From positions 33,294,001-33,358,000 of the forward strand of contig CM060734.1 in assembly GCA_030704615.1 (NCBI GenBank): a stretch of DNA of 64,000 nt. The letters are read 5' to 3'. Under the pieces are notes generated by a model. It had not been told where the DNA came from. It searched no databases and was given only the letters and a program-made list of their open reading frames with translations. Below, piece by piece: positions 28,070-41,518 of this stretch (positions are counted from its first letter, which is position 1; every line of letters starts with the position of its first letter). The DNA is from Takakia lepidozioides (Eukaryota > Plantae > Bryophyta). Position numbers and translations under genes: made by a program.

Positions 28070-28473
28070 ATAACCAGATGTCATTCTGAACATCCCCTAA
28101 TTCTAGACATATATGCCAATGTCATGGGAGTGTTCAACACTATGGCTAAACGAGATGTGGTGTTGTGGAGTGCGATGCTTGCAGGGTATGCACAGCAGGG
28201 GTGCGGGATGGAGGCTTTGGATACCTATGAGCCAATGATGGGGGAAGGGGTGAAGCTCGACCACATCATTTTAGTGTGTGTTTGCAGTGCGTGTGCAAGC
28301 TTGGGAGCCCTGGAAAAGGGCAAAGAGGTGCATGGTTGCATCACCAAAGCTGGAATTGTACCATATGTGATTCTGAACAATACCTCGTGGACATGTATGC
28401 CAAATGTGGGAGCATTGAGGATGCGGAGGGAGCCTTCAACACTATGGCTGAACGAGATCGTGTGATAAGTTGA
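28070..28473 (+). pseudogene. Frameshifted PLS-PPR fragment inside the CACTA element
   Basis: VFNTMAKRDVVLWSAMLAGYAQQGCGMEALDTYEPMMGEGVKLDHIILVCVCSACASLGALEKGKEVH / LVDMYAKCGSIEDAEGAFNTMAERD. Confidence 0.88.
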
Positions 28474-31400
28474 GTTGGTTGTTTCCTAGAACAAATATAG
28501 GCTGTCATTGTCAGCTGCTTGCAGCAAGGTAAGGATTTATGCATGATTTGTGTAGAGGCATGGATAGGTGAAGGAGCAGGGATAGAGTGTGGGTCCAGAT
28601 TCATGTAAGAAGGCCAGATTTCAAGCTCCAGATTACCTATGATTCCATGTGTTGAAGGATAGCACAATTGATAAATCAGGCACTGGTAACGAAGACACCT
28701 TCTTCAATAGCACAGCGGCTACAAGTGGGTAGATGGTCTACTAGAAACAGCGGCAGCAGCACAATTGATAGAACAAGACACTACTAATGAAGGTACCTTC
28801 TTCAACATATTCCACCTTGTTTTCCCCTGCTATCAGAGTCGTCCCTATATTTTCATGTTGAATTCTGCAAGTTAGCTCCGCGTTGGTGGATCTCTGGTGG
28901 TTTTGGAATGATTTTGACATGTTATTGCCAATGTGGTCGACAAGAAAGTATTGAAAAAACAGATAACAGAGACGAGAAGAAGCTCTGTTCCAAAGAATAC
29001 GTTTCCGACCCCAGTCAATGGTGGAACAATCGAGGCAAAAAAGTGAATGCTTGTTGGAAGTAGACGCAAGTCAGCGAGTATGGTAAGTAGGGTTGGGGTG
29101 TTTGCTGGAACAATTCTAGGCTGTCATTGTCAGCTACTAGGAGCAAGGCAATGATATATACATGATTTGTGCAGAGGCATGGATAGCTGAAGGAGCAGGG
29201 ATAGAGTGCATGGGTCCAGATTCATCCAAGAGGGCCGGATTTCAATCTCCAGATTACCTATGATTCCTTGTGGAAGGATAGCTACAAGAAACCTGCATAG
29301 ATAGATGATCAATTGGTTGGTCTTGAGCTGAAGAGCACGACCCCTGCAGGGATGTCTCTCCATCTGTAGATCTTTTAGGAAGTGGAAGGCTAGGGCCCAG
29401 CTTTCTTATGACATTGTTAGCTGATTTTCAGTTCTTCTCCTTACCTCGGTGCCTTTCTGTTTCCAAGTTATGGCAGTAGTTTCTGGCTGCAGTCTCTTTT
29501 CCTCCTAGACTCTTTAGCTCTATGCAGACCCCCTTCTTTGCTTGCCTTCCTTCTTACTACTCTTTCTTGTCTTGGTATGCGAAGCTGTGTCTTCCTCTTT
29601 CAGCCTCTATGACACTCTATCCAGAGGTTATTTTTCCTCTTTGTATCCAAGGACATTTTATGTCCATTACCTATAATGTTCTGGAGGCCACTGTCCCCAC
29701 TGTCCCCACTGTCCCTCTTTGTTAACAAAAATAAAAATAATAGAAAAAGACAACAATGGCTTCCATTCTATTTTCCTAGAAACCTAATGAGAATTTAAAT
29801 CAATTAATAATCTAAATATTATAATTGTATGATTTAATTTAGTAAATTAAAATATTATTAAAAAACCTCTTTAGTCATGAAGTTATATACTCATGACTAC
29901 ATCATGGCAACGTGGCATTATATGATACGATATTCTTTCCCACGTGTGGGTCATATATGTTGTCCATGTGGACACGTGTCACATCCGGAGTGCTACATAT
30001 GTCTCTCTGACGCCTCTCCAATGGAGTTATACTTTGTAGACGTAGTCATATAGTTAGTCATATAGTTGTGACTACATCCTCTCTACAGCATGACTCTAGG
30101 TGCCACGCACGCAGTCACGTCTATGACTTGCAAAACGCAGTCCTAAAGACTAGTCGCTATGACAGGGCTTTTTTCACTGCAGAGTGATATAGTCATGAAC
30201 GCATATAGGACTGAAAAAATAGTCATATGTGCAGTCATAAAAACGCTCATCTGTTGTAGTGCAACACTTCTACCTTTCCCTTGGTAGAGGATTCTATGCT
30301 GTACTATTCTCCTCCACCTCCGACGCTGACAAAGCCCTGCGGCTCAACACTCAGCAATCTGCAGCCAAAGTTTTCATATTCCCCTGGACCCAAGACTGGG
30401 GTCATAAAAAAGGAATTCTCTGGAGTCCTTGGGTGATTGCCATTCCATTCCTGCCTCCAACCTACCTGACGTCGCTCCCTAAGATCGGTGCCAGCTTTGG
30501 CACATACATTGGAGCCATCAATGTCTATGAGCCAGTGCAAGACCAGATTCTCGGTGTGGACAATGACGCGGTGCACTTCGACTACAACAAAGACAACGAG
30601 GTCCCCAAGATGGTGGTGCTCATGCCTGAAATGGCCACTCTAGGATCATCTATCAATTTCCCAATTCTAGATGACTCATATATTGTGGTAGCAATACGGG
30701 AGGAGAAGCTTTCCATTATCTGTTTCACTTGCAATGGTGAGGGACATGTCAAGGCGGCTGCCCCAAAACCAAGCTGAAAACAAAGCAACGATATCAGCAA
30801 GGGGGCTTTGACTCCTCTGAGCCAGCTAGTGTTTACCCAAATATGGCTCTGCAATAGTAGAGCCCAAAGCATATGGAAATGGAGCACACAGACATCCCCA
30901 ACTTTGGTTCAAACCAGGGCCAAGCCTCCAAAAGGAGAAAGCGATCTGCTGGAGCCCTCACAACATGGAACCACCCACAACGCCCTCAGCCTTCTTCCCA
31001 GTTCGGATCATGGAAGCGTGGGCCTCATTTCCCTTCACAGAGGAGGAACTACTTCTGCTGGACAGTGCAAGCCCAGCTATTTCGTTCTTGGAACTACACT
31101 CGTTCAAAAAAAAAGGCATTGACTGGTTGGGCACCAGGCTCGGGCTTAGCACGGGAGAAAGTGGCAATCTGCATCACACCCCTCGTTTTCACATTCCAGG
31201 ACGACTACACTAATTTTTGTTTCCCAAGTGTCAAGGAGGGGCTCCGTTCAGCCTGGGTGGACGAGGAGATCACCAAGCAGTATGGGCTAGGTAAGGAAAA
31301 AGAAATCACCCTGGCTCTGGCCCAGGGGTTGCTCAAGGATTTCTTCCCCAAACTCAACCTCTCTCTGTCCAATATGAAGCATATTGGCATCATGATAGAA

Positions 31401-32723
31401 AATAGTGTCACACATCATGACCTAGCTTTTATCCATGTTTTGCCCCTCTTCTGCAGTAGAGACTTGGACACCACTGGAAACCACAATGCTTGGATTTGGG
31501 TGGAGAAGGCTTAATTGTCTTGCAGAGTTAAAGACCCCACAGAATGGGTACGAAGCAAGCTCATTTTTGAGGAGGGGCTTGATCTAGTGGAAGAAATATT
31601 CAAGATGGAAAAAGACAAGACCATTGCTTCCCAGCATGAGCCAAATCACCACAGAGAGCTGGTGCTGCACGACATCAACAATCCGAACTCGGCATCAAAC
31701 ATGCTGCCAGAAGATTCTGCTGCCGTACCTGAGCACTCAGTTACTTTCTTGCTGCCGGAGGAGACTGTCGAGTCGCCACCAGCGGTAAGCATGTTCATGA
31801 ATGCTTGCTCTCCCCCTTACTCCCCTCTCTTCTTTTTCACTTCCCATGAGTCTAAGTGCAAGAGAGTGTGGACTCTCATGTTGGCTATCCCTCTTCTCAA
31901 CAAAAAATCCTACCTGGTTGGGGAGATGACTGCAACTCCCCATCCTCCCCCTCTGAGATGCTTGCTCTCTCATCTGCCCTCTCCTGCACTCTGTCTACGG
32001 AAAATTTAGCTGTGCTTAGGGATGGTGGGGATCATTTCACCCTCCTAGGCAGCAAAAACAAAAAGAAGAAAGCCACAACGGTTTACATATGGAAACTTCC
32101 CTCCCTTTTTGCGAGCCCAATGGGTTTTAAATGGGTTGACACCTTGCCCCCCTGGGACAAGCGCACTCGGTACCATTTTAACCCCTGTTGGCCATCAAAT
32201 CGTGTCTGCACCACGGGCCACTCACACTTTCATCCATAAATATTTCTCTCCACAGCTGGAATGTAAGAGGACTGGGGTCTGACCACTCTGCCCGAAAAAG
32301 GGCAAGGGTCAGAACCTGGGCCTCGGGATCATTCTGTAATTCTTTTCATTCAAGAGCATAAGTTGGATTAGGGCAAGATAGACTCCCTGGGCCGCTCAAT
32401 CTGGCCTGCAGCCTCACCTTTCTGGAACCCAACTGTAGTGGAATCGAGGGGGGGAACTGCCTTGCTGGTCGCTCCTTCCCTGGCTCAATCAATCCAATCA
32501 TCAGCTATCTGGCTCCAAGGTCGTGTGCAGTTCCTTTCAATTTGCTTAGGCCAATCCTTGGGCAGTGTGGGCCTTCTCAACATCTACGCTTCAAATGATG
32601 AAGAGACAAGAGTGGGGCTCTGAACCCTCACCAAAGACAAGCTCCTACAACATACACATATCCAGCACTGGCTACTTGGAGGGGACTTCAACATGGTGGA
32701 AGATGAATCCGATCGCCTGGGCC

Positions 32724-34900
32724 TGGCGATTGGGACTCCAGTTGTGTGGGACGTGTCTTTTGTTCGCACGCATGAAACTGTGGATTCAGCATCCCCGAGA
32801 AACCCAGGATGTCATTCCATCACAGAAGATAGTGATTATCAATGTCAAAGCACTTAAAGCAATGATATTCCGTCCAATGGTGAGACTGAAGGGGATTTGC
32901 CTGCAGGTCTGGGGAGAGATTGTTGGAGAAACTTGCAGTGTCTTCTTCTTAGGGAGGACGGAAACGCCCTGTTCGAAGGCCGAATTCAGGCATGCATTCC
33001 TAACGAGATCATTCTGAATGACAAATTCGGAGAGGACGATGTTGGGGTTCTGGTCACCAGAACAATCTCTGGAGAGTCCGGTTCACTGATGTCGATTGTG
33101 GATGAAGTGAGGTCAGTGAGCAGCAAACCTTGCTGCAAGCTTTAGTGCTGTCAGTATTTTAATTGGAGAAAAACCTTGGCAATTCGTACTGCATTTTGCG
33201 GTTCGTCATTCGATGAGAGAAGAGAACTTGGATTGAATGTTTCAAAACGACTTCACATTATAGATGGGTCATCGCGCATGTGGTATGTTACGATAGAAGG
33301 TGTTGATGTTTGTGAGAAAGCATGGTGGATAATACACGGAATTGGAAGGTCAACGTACATGGAGTACAAAAAGCTCAGTAAAGAGGGTTGTTTGTCATCT
33401 TTCCACGGAAATCATGGCGTCAAGCGGCCGCGACCAGGGACACTCCAGGCAGAGGGGAACATTATGTTCATTATCAATGCCAATACTGACCTTATGCCTC
33501 ACAAAACACGTTGCATTGGAGAGGGACGTCGGGATACTTTGAGAATTTTGCCACCCGAAATGAACTGTAAGAGAATTCGAGAGGAGTCCAACGAGGTGAC
33601 TTTTATTCGTTGTCCCCTTTCGTTTTTCAAAATACCGTGGATGATTTTATTCTTTTTGATGCCATCATGTTTTCTTGTTCTTCCACTTTGTAGAACCTCC
33701 ACTGCCCAGTGGACGTTGACATTGTTGGGGAGTTGGGGTGCAGACAAACAGACTGCTCGGTTTGAAAGGAGTCTCGCAGCCAGCTATAAGCAGTATACGG
33801 AATCGAATATTTCCTAACGTGGAGGTTCGGAAAACATGAAGCACCTTTGCTAAGTGCACAGAATGCGAGATGTTCAAGAAGTCGATTAAGAGGAGTTCCG
33901 AACAGATCGCACATAAGCGGGCGCTTGATTTGCACTTGAGGCATCCAGAGTCATGCAGAAGGCTGTACCATAGCTGGAGGAATGAGTCCGTTATGGTTCC
34001 GGAGGAGTTCCTATATATTATTCATGATAAGATGGATCATAGGAAAACGGCTATTCCGAGGCTACAGACGACGAACAAGATGGTCTCGGGATTGGGTCAG
34101 TTGCTTGTCTCATTGACAGGAATGGTTACGCACGGACACGGAGATGAAGCGTACGCTCAATTTTCCCTTGAGTTCTGGAAAGACAATTCAAACTTCACAA
34201 TTGGGTCACTGGCTCGGTGCCTGCGCCAACTGGAAAAGTCGACATGCCGGGAATCTAGGAACATTTTCGACACTGAAGTTCAAAATGATTTTTTTGAAAC
34301 GCTCATGAGAGGTAAATCGAGATGTTTGGAGGCTCTGAAGCCCTGCAGGCCGCACGATAAACGTGGTGCTCGACCACTTCCTAGACGACTTTATTTGCAG
34401 ATGGACAACTCCTCCAAGGACAATAAGAACAGATGGATGCTTGCTTTCCTATCCCTCCTCACTGCCAAAGATGTCTTTGAAGAGATCCAGCTTGGTTTTC
34501 TCATGGTCGGACACACCCATGAGGATATTGACTGATTCTTTAGCTATCTCTCGAAGAAGCTAAAGGAACGCAACACCTACATTCTTCCGGATTTGATGAG
34601 GTCATTCATGATCTTCCAAGATATGCAACTCATTCCTCAACCGACTTCAAGAAGTTTGTTAAGGGTTTGTATTCATGATGGAAATGAGGCTTTGGTCGGG
34701 ATCTCAAAAATGCACGTCTTTCGATTTTTTAAGGATGCGGATGGCTGGCCCGTTATGAAGTACAAGAAGTCAGCTACTGATTTGGAGTGGCTTCCTACAA
34801 ACTCCAGCGTTAAGATGTGGAAGTCCAATCCTGATGGGACTCCAAATCTCCCTGAAGGAGACCCAGATGTCGTTCCAAGAAGACCGATATGGGGAGTCGG
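32724..34900 (+). pseudogene. Sola1/DUF7869-like DDD transposase, copy 1 (truncated at both ends)
   Basis: Motifs IIHDKMDHRK, LYLQMDNSSKDNKN and FLMVGHTHEDID. It is collinear with copy 2 (50455-53900) but has an internal deletion (GSLMSIV|DEVRSVSSKPCC) and stops. It is joined to the LINE at the 5' end and cut at 34900 by the terminus of the outer MULE. Confidence 0.85.
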
Positions 34901-35291
34901 CAGCGTAGCTACGACGTGAGCCCAGCCCCGTGAGCTTGGGAGCTGAGCTCATGTTGTAGCTGCAAAGCGTGAGCTGAGCTCACGCTTCAGGGAAGCGTGA
35001 GCGGCACAAATCTGCTGGAGAAGCAGGTCCTATTACCGTGGACAAAACAAAGGGGGCCACCATGCACCATGTCTGCAATGCCTGCACAAAAAGAAGAATA
35101 TGAAAATATGGCAGATTTGAGCACAGAATGATTGACAGACTTTATTTCAATTCACAGATAGACGCTTACAATAAATGGCATGTGCATTTGCCTTAGTTCC
35201 GTGAACGAAATGTATGTGTTTGTCCTAAATGCAAAGTCTTCACACGGTAACCTGGAAATCAGCATGGGAAGCGGGCATGGCTCGTATGTGT

Positions 35292-37389
35292 TCAAAGAGA
35301 ATTTAGCGGAGCCCTACGTGAGGTGTCCCGCTGCAGAAGGGTGATGACTTCTCCGTAGCCTAGTGTGGCTTGGTGAATGAATTGGTCTCTCTTATCGTCG
35401 CAGCACATAATAACAAGGTATATGTAATATTGATGCTTGCAGGGGACCCACTTCCCTCTCATGCCGAGAGCGCCCTCACGCATCGTTACAAAATCCGGAC
35501 AAGTGCACGCAGGGAAATTCCCCACGGTAACCTGATATTCTTTGCCATGAAGAACTGAGCCAATAGACAGCACTGTGTAAATCTGTCCATACCCCGGGGC
35601 AGGGACTTCGGTGATACGAGTCACCCGAGCCTGCAAAATTCTAGCCGATTCCATCTTGCATTCGTGATCTGCACCCGAAGCGACACGGCGCACTGTTTTT
35701 CCATCTTTTTTTGTTGGGTGGTAGTCGGCACCGGGTGGAGGCATTGCCGGAGCATGTGGCACATCTATGCCGACAGTGCATGAGGGCACCACCCGGGACC
35801 GTGCAAGACAGAACCCTCCCTCCTCCAGCATGCTTATCTCGGTTGATGACAGCGACGTCCCAAGTTTCACAGGCCAAATTGCGAGGGGAGGGGGTTTCAT
35901 TATCACCGAAGGACAAACTGTTCCCTTGACGCATTGTGCCATATCGTCTGGGCAGAACTAGAACTTGTGGTCCTTTGACTCCCCACTATGATAAGGTCGG
36001 AACAACCCTGTGAATGTTGGAGCTGGAGTCCCCCTAAAGCCTTTGCATATTTTTTATTTGCATTTCTTGAAAGAGGGGGTCTGAATTGCCATGCAAGCCA
36101 CTCTAGATCCTGGTGGGGTGCGTTCTATATGCCACTCACTATCAATGCAATTAGATTCATGCACCATGGCCACCACCTCCTCTAATGGGATTCCTGCTGC
36201 TGTGCTTGCATGATCTGCACCTGCTCCACTGGAGGAGGACCCACCTGGGAAGGGGCGGGCACACGACTTAGTCTGCACTGGAGACACCTTTGGTACAGAG
36301 AAATTGACCCTATCCGGCCGATGGGAATCTCCATCCGACCCTGGAGGAGTGTTCAATTTCCTTTTGCATGATCCAAATCTTTCCTCGCCTTCCAAATGGG
36401 GGAGCCTGGATTGCAAAGGGGAGCCTTCAGTGCACCTGTTCAGAGCTATGGCCATCTTCGATGGGTCTCCGGACTTACTCGCAGCCCTTAGCATCAACAA
36501 AGTTGTATCAGGGCCCTTGCCTCCACCCCGTCCCATCAGAAAATTGCGGTACCTGGTTTGTTGTGTAAGTGCCCGCACCATGTCATCAGCAGTGGCCACA
36601 TACAAGTCAGGTCCTGCTTTGGTAGACTGCTGCATCCAGGCGATGTGAACAGTCTCCGCCAAATTACAGGATGGCATGTCAGCCAAGTCCTCCAAGGATA
36701 TGTCCTGCAGGAGGCATTGCATGGAAATGTGAGGAACGAAAAGAAATAGAAGAGGTTGTGCAAGTGACAATCCAACAACCCCAAATGAACAGGCACGATG
36801 CAAAGTGAAATTTGTGTTTCTAGGATTGAAGAGGCTTACCGTCGTCATGAAAGCTCCCCACTGTCTGTACTTGAAGTGCCAGAAAACCAACCAGTCCTCC
36901 AACTCCTTCAGGTGGATACCAGTAGCAGCACCAGAGGAGAACCACCAAGCCCGGATTGCTTGGTAAGTGCTCTCAGCTTCTCCCATTGAGGTGGCATTTT
37001 TGTACTTGAGGCAGAGCCTTCTGTGCTCCAACTGAAGGTTAGGGCGAATGCAGTGCTTTGTATGACGTGCCAGAGATTGACTCCAATGGAAGAGGCATGT
37101 GCGCTCCCTATTTTGCATTGGGACCTTAGGATCCCCCGAACCAAACACGCGCCGTACTGCATTGAAATTTGCCTGTGCACTATCAGCCATGAAGCCCGCA
37201 AAATTTGTATTCTGTATTCCATTGCGCTGCATGACGGCCAGGAGCGAATTCCACATGAGCATCTGGGATTCAGTGTCCTCCGACTGCATATCACAAATTG
37301 CTATGGAGAGCACACGCTGGTACACTGGATCGTACACATGGCACGCCATGGTTGTCCAACCCTTCACCCGTTTGCAGTGATCAAACATT
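35292..37389 (-). pseudogene. Outer MULE transposase, 3' half (DDE core and SWIM finger)
   Basis: MFDHCKRVKGWTTMACH...GFMADSAQAN...RTCLFHW (MULE D, D and CxxH), intron 36705-36839, SCNLAETVH (E), and SWIM CTCPDF...PCKH. A frameshift and a stop lie near 35960-36060. Confidence 0.9.
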
Positions 37390-37565
37390 CAACGACGCAA
37401 TGGCGTGAGCGTTGCACGTGAGCGCGCGAGCGTACGCTCACGCAGGAGTGACGTGGCGTGAGCGTACGCTCACGCCAGCTGACGTGGCGTGAGCGTCATG
37501 TCAGCATGCTGATGTGGCGGTAAATGATGACATGGCACTGTCCGTCAACTGCCACGTCAGCATTA
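37390..37565. repeat. Left TIR and subterminal repeats (GCGTGAGC, TGACGTGGC)
   Basis: Multiple CGTGAGCG/CGCTCACG and TGACGTGGC copies, mirrored at the right end. Confidence 0.85.
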
Positions 37566-38012
37566 ACATGCGCCGCCTATAACCGTGGATGGTCCTATGA
37601 CCGTGGAATTAATGCAGGGAATCTTGCCTAAATAGAATCAAGACGAGCGTTGAGGCCTACAATTACAGCATCCAACATTGTACAATTACAAATGCTTGTT
37701 TCACTTTTACAATTACGAAGACGACAAAATATCCTCACAAAGTGTGCGCCATAAAGGCTGCCACGAGAAGACTTCCTCCCTCCTCAAATAACAATAAGAG
37801 TTATGATCATCTTCAAAAGATGATTGTAGTGCATAGCGACAGCAAGACATGTAGACTTCGAACGGTGCAATGACAAATGTGCACTACCTAAAAGTTGTCA
37901 CTCAGAGCTCACTCCGTATAATTGGAGGCCATATCATTGCACAGCCGACGAATTGATGTGAATTACACATTTCAAATCATGGTCATCCACATACCACATT
38001 ACATAGTTCATG

Positions 38013-41000
38013 CTACCCATGTGTTGTATCCCGCTGCAAAAGAGTATCGACCTCGTTGAAACTCATAGTGGCCTGGTGAATGAAGTTGTCACGTTTGGGA
38101 TCGCAAACCATCCTCCTCAAAAATATGAAATACAAAGGTTTGCAGGGTATGAATTTACCTCTCTTGCCCAAACTGGTTGATAGCATATTCACAAAATCAG
38201 GACATGTGCAATTGGGGAAATTGGAAACCGTGATGTCGTAGGTCCTGTCATGAACAGCAGATGTGGAAGTGATGATTGTGAATACCCGACCATATCCTGG
38301 ATCGGGTACTTCCGTGGTGCTTCCGACACGAGCTTGGAGCATTCTTGCGGACTCCACTTTGCCAAAGTGTTCAGCGGTTGGAGGGAAACGCCGAACGAGC
38401 TTTCCATCTCGTTTGGTTGGCCACAAGTCAGGATTTGCCGGGGGGACCCGGGAGGACGCAGAAGTAGTAGCACATGCATGGAGTTGGGGTTGTCTCGCAA
38501 GGGAAAAACCTGCCTCCTCCAGCATTTCAATCTCCTGAAAGCTGAGATGTGTTCCCACCTTCACGGGCCAAACGGTTGGAGGAGATGGCTTCATCACTAC
38601 GGAAGGACGCACAGTTCCATGTACACATCTGGCACAATCATCTGCGCAGAACCAGAACTTGTGGTTCTTGCTTCTGGTTGACCGTATGGACGCATCAAGC
38701 CCGTGAAAGTTGGAGCAGGAGTTCGGGCACCACCTCTGGATATAGATGAAGTGCACTTCTCGAAATTAGTTGCCCTGATCGCTGTACATTTCACACGAGA
38801 CCCGACACTTGTGCGTTCTATGTGCCAAACGTGGTCGGGGCATGCGGACTCAAGCACATCAAGGGGGTTGTTTCTCTCCTGCACCATTTCAGTGGCACGG
38901 TTTGATGCTGGAGCTTGCCGTCGTGTTGGAGGTTCCTCCACAATGGAGGTTCCGGACATGGAGCTGTCATGCAGGGGAACACGAGGCTTCGAGAAGTTAT
39001 CACGGTCTGCCCTGTGGGAATCTGAATCCGAACCAGGTGGAGTGTTCAATTTCCTCTTACAGGAGCCGAATCTCTCCTCCCCTTCAAGATGTGGAACTCT
39101 AGAAACAAGTGGCGTTCCCTGGGCATACATGCTCACCGCCCGTGCTATCTTGATTGGATCCCCAGATCTGTTTGCAGCACGCAACATCAACTCCCATTTG
39201 TCCGGACCCTTGCCACCAACCCCACCTCGTAAGAAATCACGGTATCGGGTTTGTTGTTGCAAGGCACGTATCAAATCATCTGTTGTTGCCACATACAAAT
39301 CCCGACCTCGTTTCCCAGACTGCTGCAACCATGCATTGTGCACAGTTTCTGCCAAATTGCAAGATGGCATGTCCGCCATTTCCTCAATGGACATGTTCTG
39401 CAAAGAGGATAACCACACTTCAGAACAGTGCACAGGAAACAACATAAAGAAAGCAATGAGTCAAAAATATGGAAAGCAAATGTATGAATAAAGCATGAAA
39501 TAGAAGCCTCGTACCATTGTCATGGCTGCTCCCCACTGTCTATACCGGAAGTGCCAAAACGCCAGCCAATCTTCCAATGCTCTCATACTCTCAAGTGATG
39601 CAGCTCCAGAAGAGAACCACCAGGCACGAATTGTCTGGAACAAAGTGTCCGCCTCCTTCATTGTTCTAGCATCTTTGTACTCTTTGCACAATTTACGGTG
39701 CTGAGTCTGCATCTCTGGTTTGATGTCCGACTTTGTATGTTTTTCCAGAGATTGTGTCCAATGGAATAGACATGTACGCTCTCTTCCTGGCATAGGCACT
39801 TTTGGGTCGCCCGATCCGAAGACAACACGAATAGCATTGAAATTTGCTTGAGCACTATCCGCCATGAAACCTGCGAAATTTGGAGATGGCATCCCATGGC
39901 AGCCCATGACACGTATCAGGGAATTCCACATGAGCTTCTGGGATTCGGTATCCTCGGATTGCATGTCACAAACTGCAATTGTCATAACTCGTTGGTACAC
40001 TGGATCGTAGATATGACAAGCCATTGTCGTCCAATCCTTCACTCGTTTCACATAATCAAACATAAGAAAACAGTTCTGCAAGTCCCCAGTCTTCTGCATC
40101 CGCTTCACGAGGCTAACCCCACTGCCCTCCCCAACAGTCGACATTTTGAAAAGAAATACTTTGATGGCACCTTGACCTGGGAATACATTGTCCTGGATGT
40201 AATCGTACTTGCTCACTCGTTTCAATTCCAAAATATTGTCTATGTAGCCTCTGATCCCAGAGCCCATTCTCAATGCATTGATCTGATGCCGAATGTTAGG
40301 TGAACTTAAAGTGGAGAAATGATCCATGACCAGGTCCAATGCTGCACCGTCAAGTTTAGTCCCCACAGAATCTCCTTCACTCAAAATATGGCTTTCCAAG
40401 AAGGACTTGCTTGCGCCAAGAGCAATTGCAGATGTTGTTGCGGATGGGTTTCTCCCGAACTCCTGTTTGATCAACCTCGATACTGTCTCAACACTCTCCC
40501 TGTAATCCCCCTTCGAGACAGGATGGTTATGGAATCCAAAATGCACACAAGCTCTCGTCATTGTATTCAAACGGTGGACAACATAGTACATTCTTGCTCC
40601 GCAGAGCGCCAAACAGGATAGCACAAGTTTGCAGAATTTGCAGACGAAAGTGTTTGCCGGTGGAGGGGCAGTCCCAGGCTGAAATGGATTTTCCGCCAGA
40701 CCCTCCCATTCGCTTTGATTATGAACCCCAGAAGTGTCTGCAATTCAAATTATCACACCTAAGGTGTCCATTGCAAACTGTCCTCCTGAAAACAAGCTTG
40801 TCATCATTCTGAATATTGGATGTTTTTGTTCTGCACCACGGGTGCCCGTCGTGTTTCTTGTCCATTCCATGCATCATGATTGTTACACCTCCAACTCGCG
40901 GAGGAGGAGGCAGCTCGAATAGGATATCGCCATCAAAAGTCTCCGGCAAGAACTTCACAGGCACCTGCTTCAAAGATTCCCAATCAATTCCCCGCAACTC

Positions 41001-41518
41001 ACTTTTAAATCCAGCCATTCCTCCCATCGCCCGCAATTTTGGAATGACACTACAAATCTCTTCTTCATCAGCTTCTCCAATCACAGTAGGAAGGACTGGA
41101 TTTGGAATTTCACTTATGTCATCATCGGAAGAATCCGAAAGCTCAACGATTGGAGTGGAGGACGTCTGTTCTTTTTTCACCACCACCTCCCTCTTGTCTT
41201 CAACGACCGAAGCAGCAGTCCCGGGCGTCACATATGACCCAAGGGACTTTGCCGAGGCTCTCCAAGTACTCTGTATCGACCAGGACGCACTCTCCACTGG
41301 CTGATATGAGCCGTCTCATCACGGTTTTGGAAAGAATATTTCACCAACTTCCCTTTCAGATCGTAAACCTCTTTCTCCAAAAAGATGGAGCCATTCTGCA
41401 GCTGAAAACGGGTAGCCAAGACATGTTCCAGAACAATTGCAAATCCATTGTCAAGGACTTCCTGGGAGAACGGCACTGGTTTGTCGTCTGAGAAGAACTC
41501 CGCTTCAGAGGAAGCCAT
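38013..41518 (-). pseudogene. Inner MULE transposase: GCM-like Zn domain, DDE core and SWIM finger; full length with frameshifts
   Basis: ATG at 41518. DGHPWCRTKTSN...RRTVCNGHLRCDNLNC...CKFCK...C...CGARMY...ACVHFGFHNHPV is WRKY/GCM-type. The core has MFDYVKRV, FMADSAQAN and CLFHW, then intron 39398-39514, then NLAETVH. The SWIM finger is CTCPDF...PCKP (His replaced). Frameshifts lie near 41290, 40720 and 38700. Confidence 0.9.

Larger units (their letters stand above)
25425..30261. mobile_element. Non-autonomous CACTA element (4837 bp) carrying captured gene fragments (Pack-CACTA)
   Basis: Left TIR is CACTACAAGATATGAGCGTTTTTAGGACT and the right TIR (reverse complement) is CACTACAACAGATGAGCGTTTTTATGACT. 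The 3-bp TSD CAA is at 25422-25424 and 30262-30264. Many ATGACTAC/GTAGTCAT subterminal repeats are present, and removing the element restores LINE ORF1. Confidence 0.95.
25191..32722 (+). mobile_element. Truncated L1-type LINE (ORF1 plus start of the ORF2 endonuclease), split by a CACTA element
   Basis: ORF1 rejoins across the CACTA insertion (...HLGAEGGLAQ|HFYLSLGRGFYAVLF...IFPW...LPKIG...CFTCNGEGH zinc knuckle). APE endonuclease motifs SWNVRGL, IQEHKL, NIYA and WLLGGDFNMVE lie at 32250-32720. No reverse transcriptase is present. Confidence 0.85.

Noticed and set aside
38703-39491. Long plus-strand ORF (262 aa) and similar antisense ORFs over the transposases and LRR-RLK
   Set aside because: These are antisense shadows of real coding sequence with no independent motifs.
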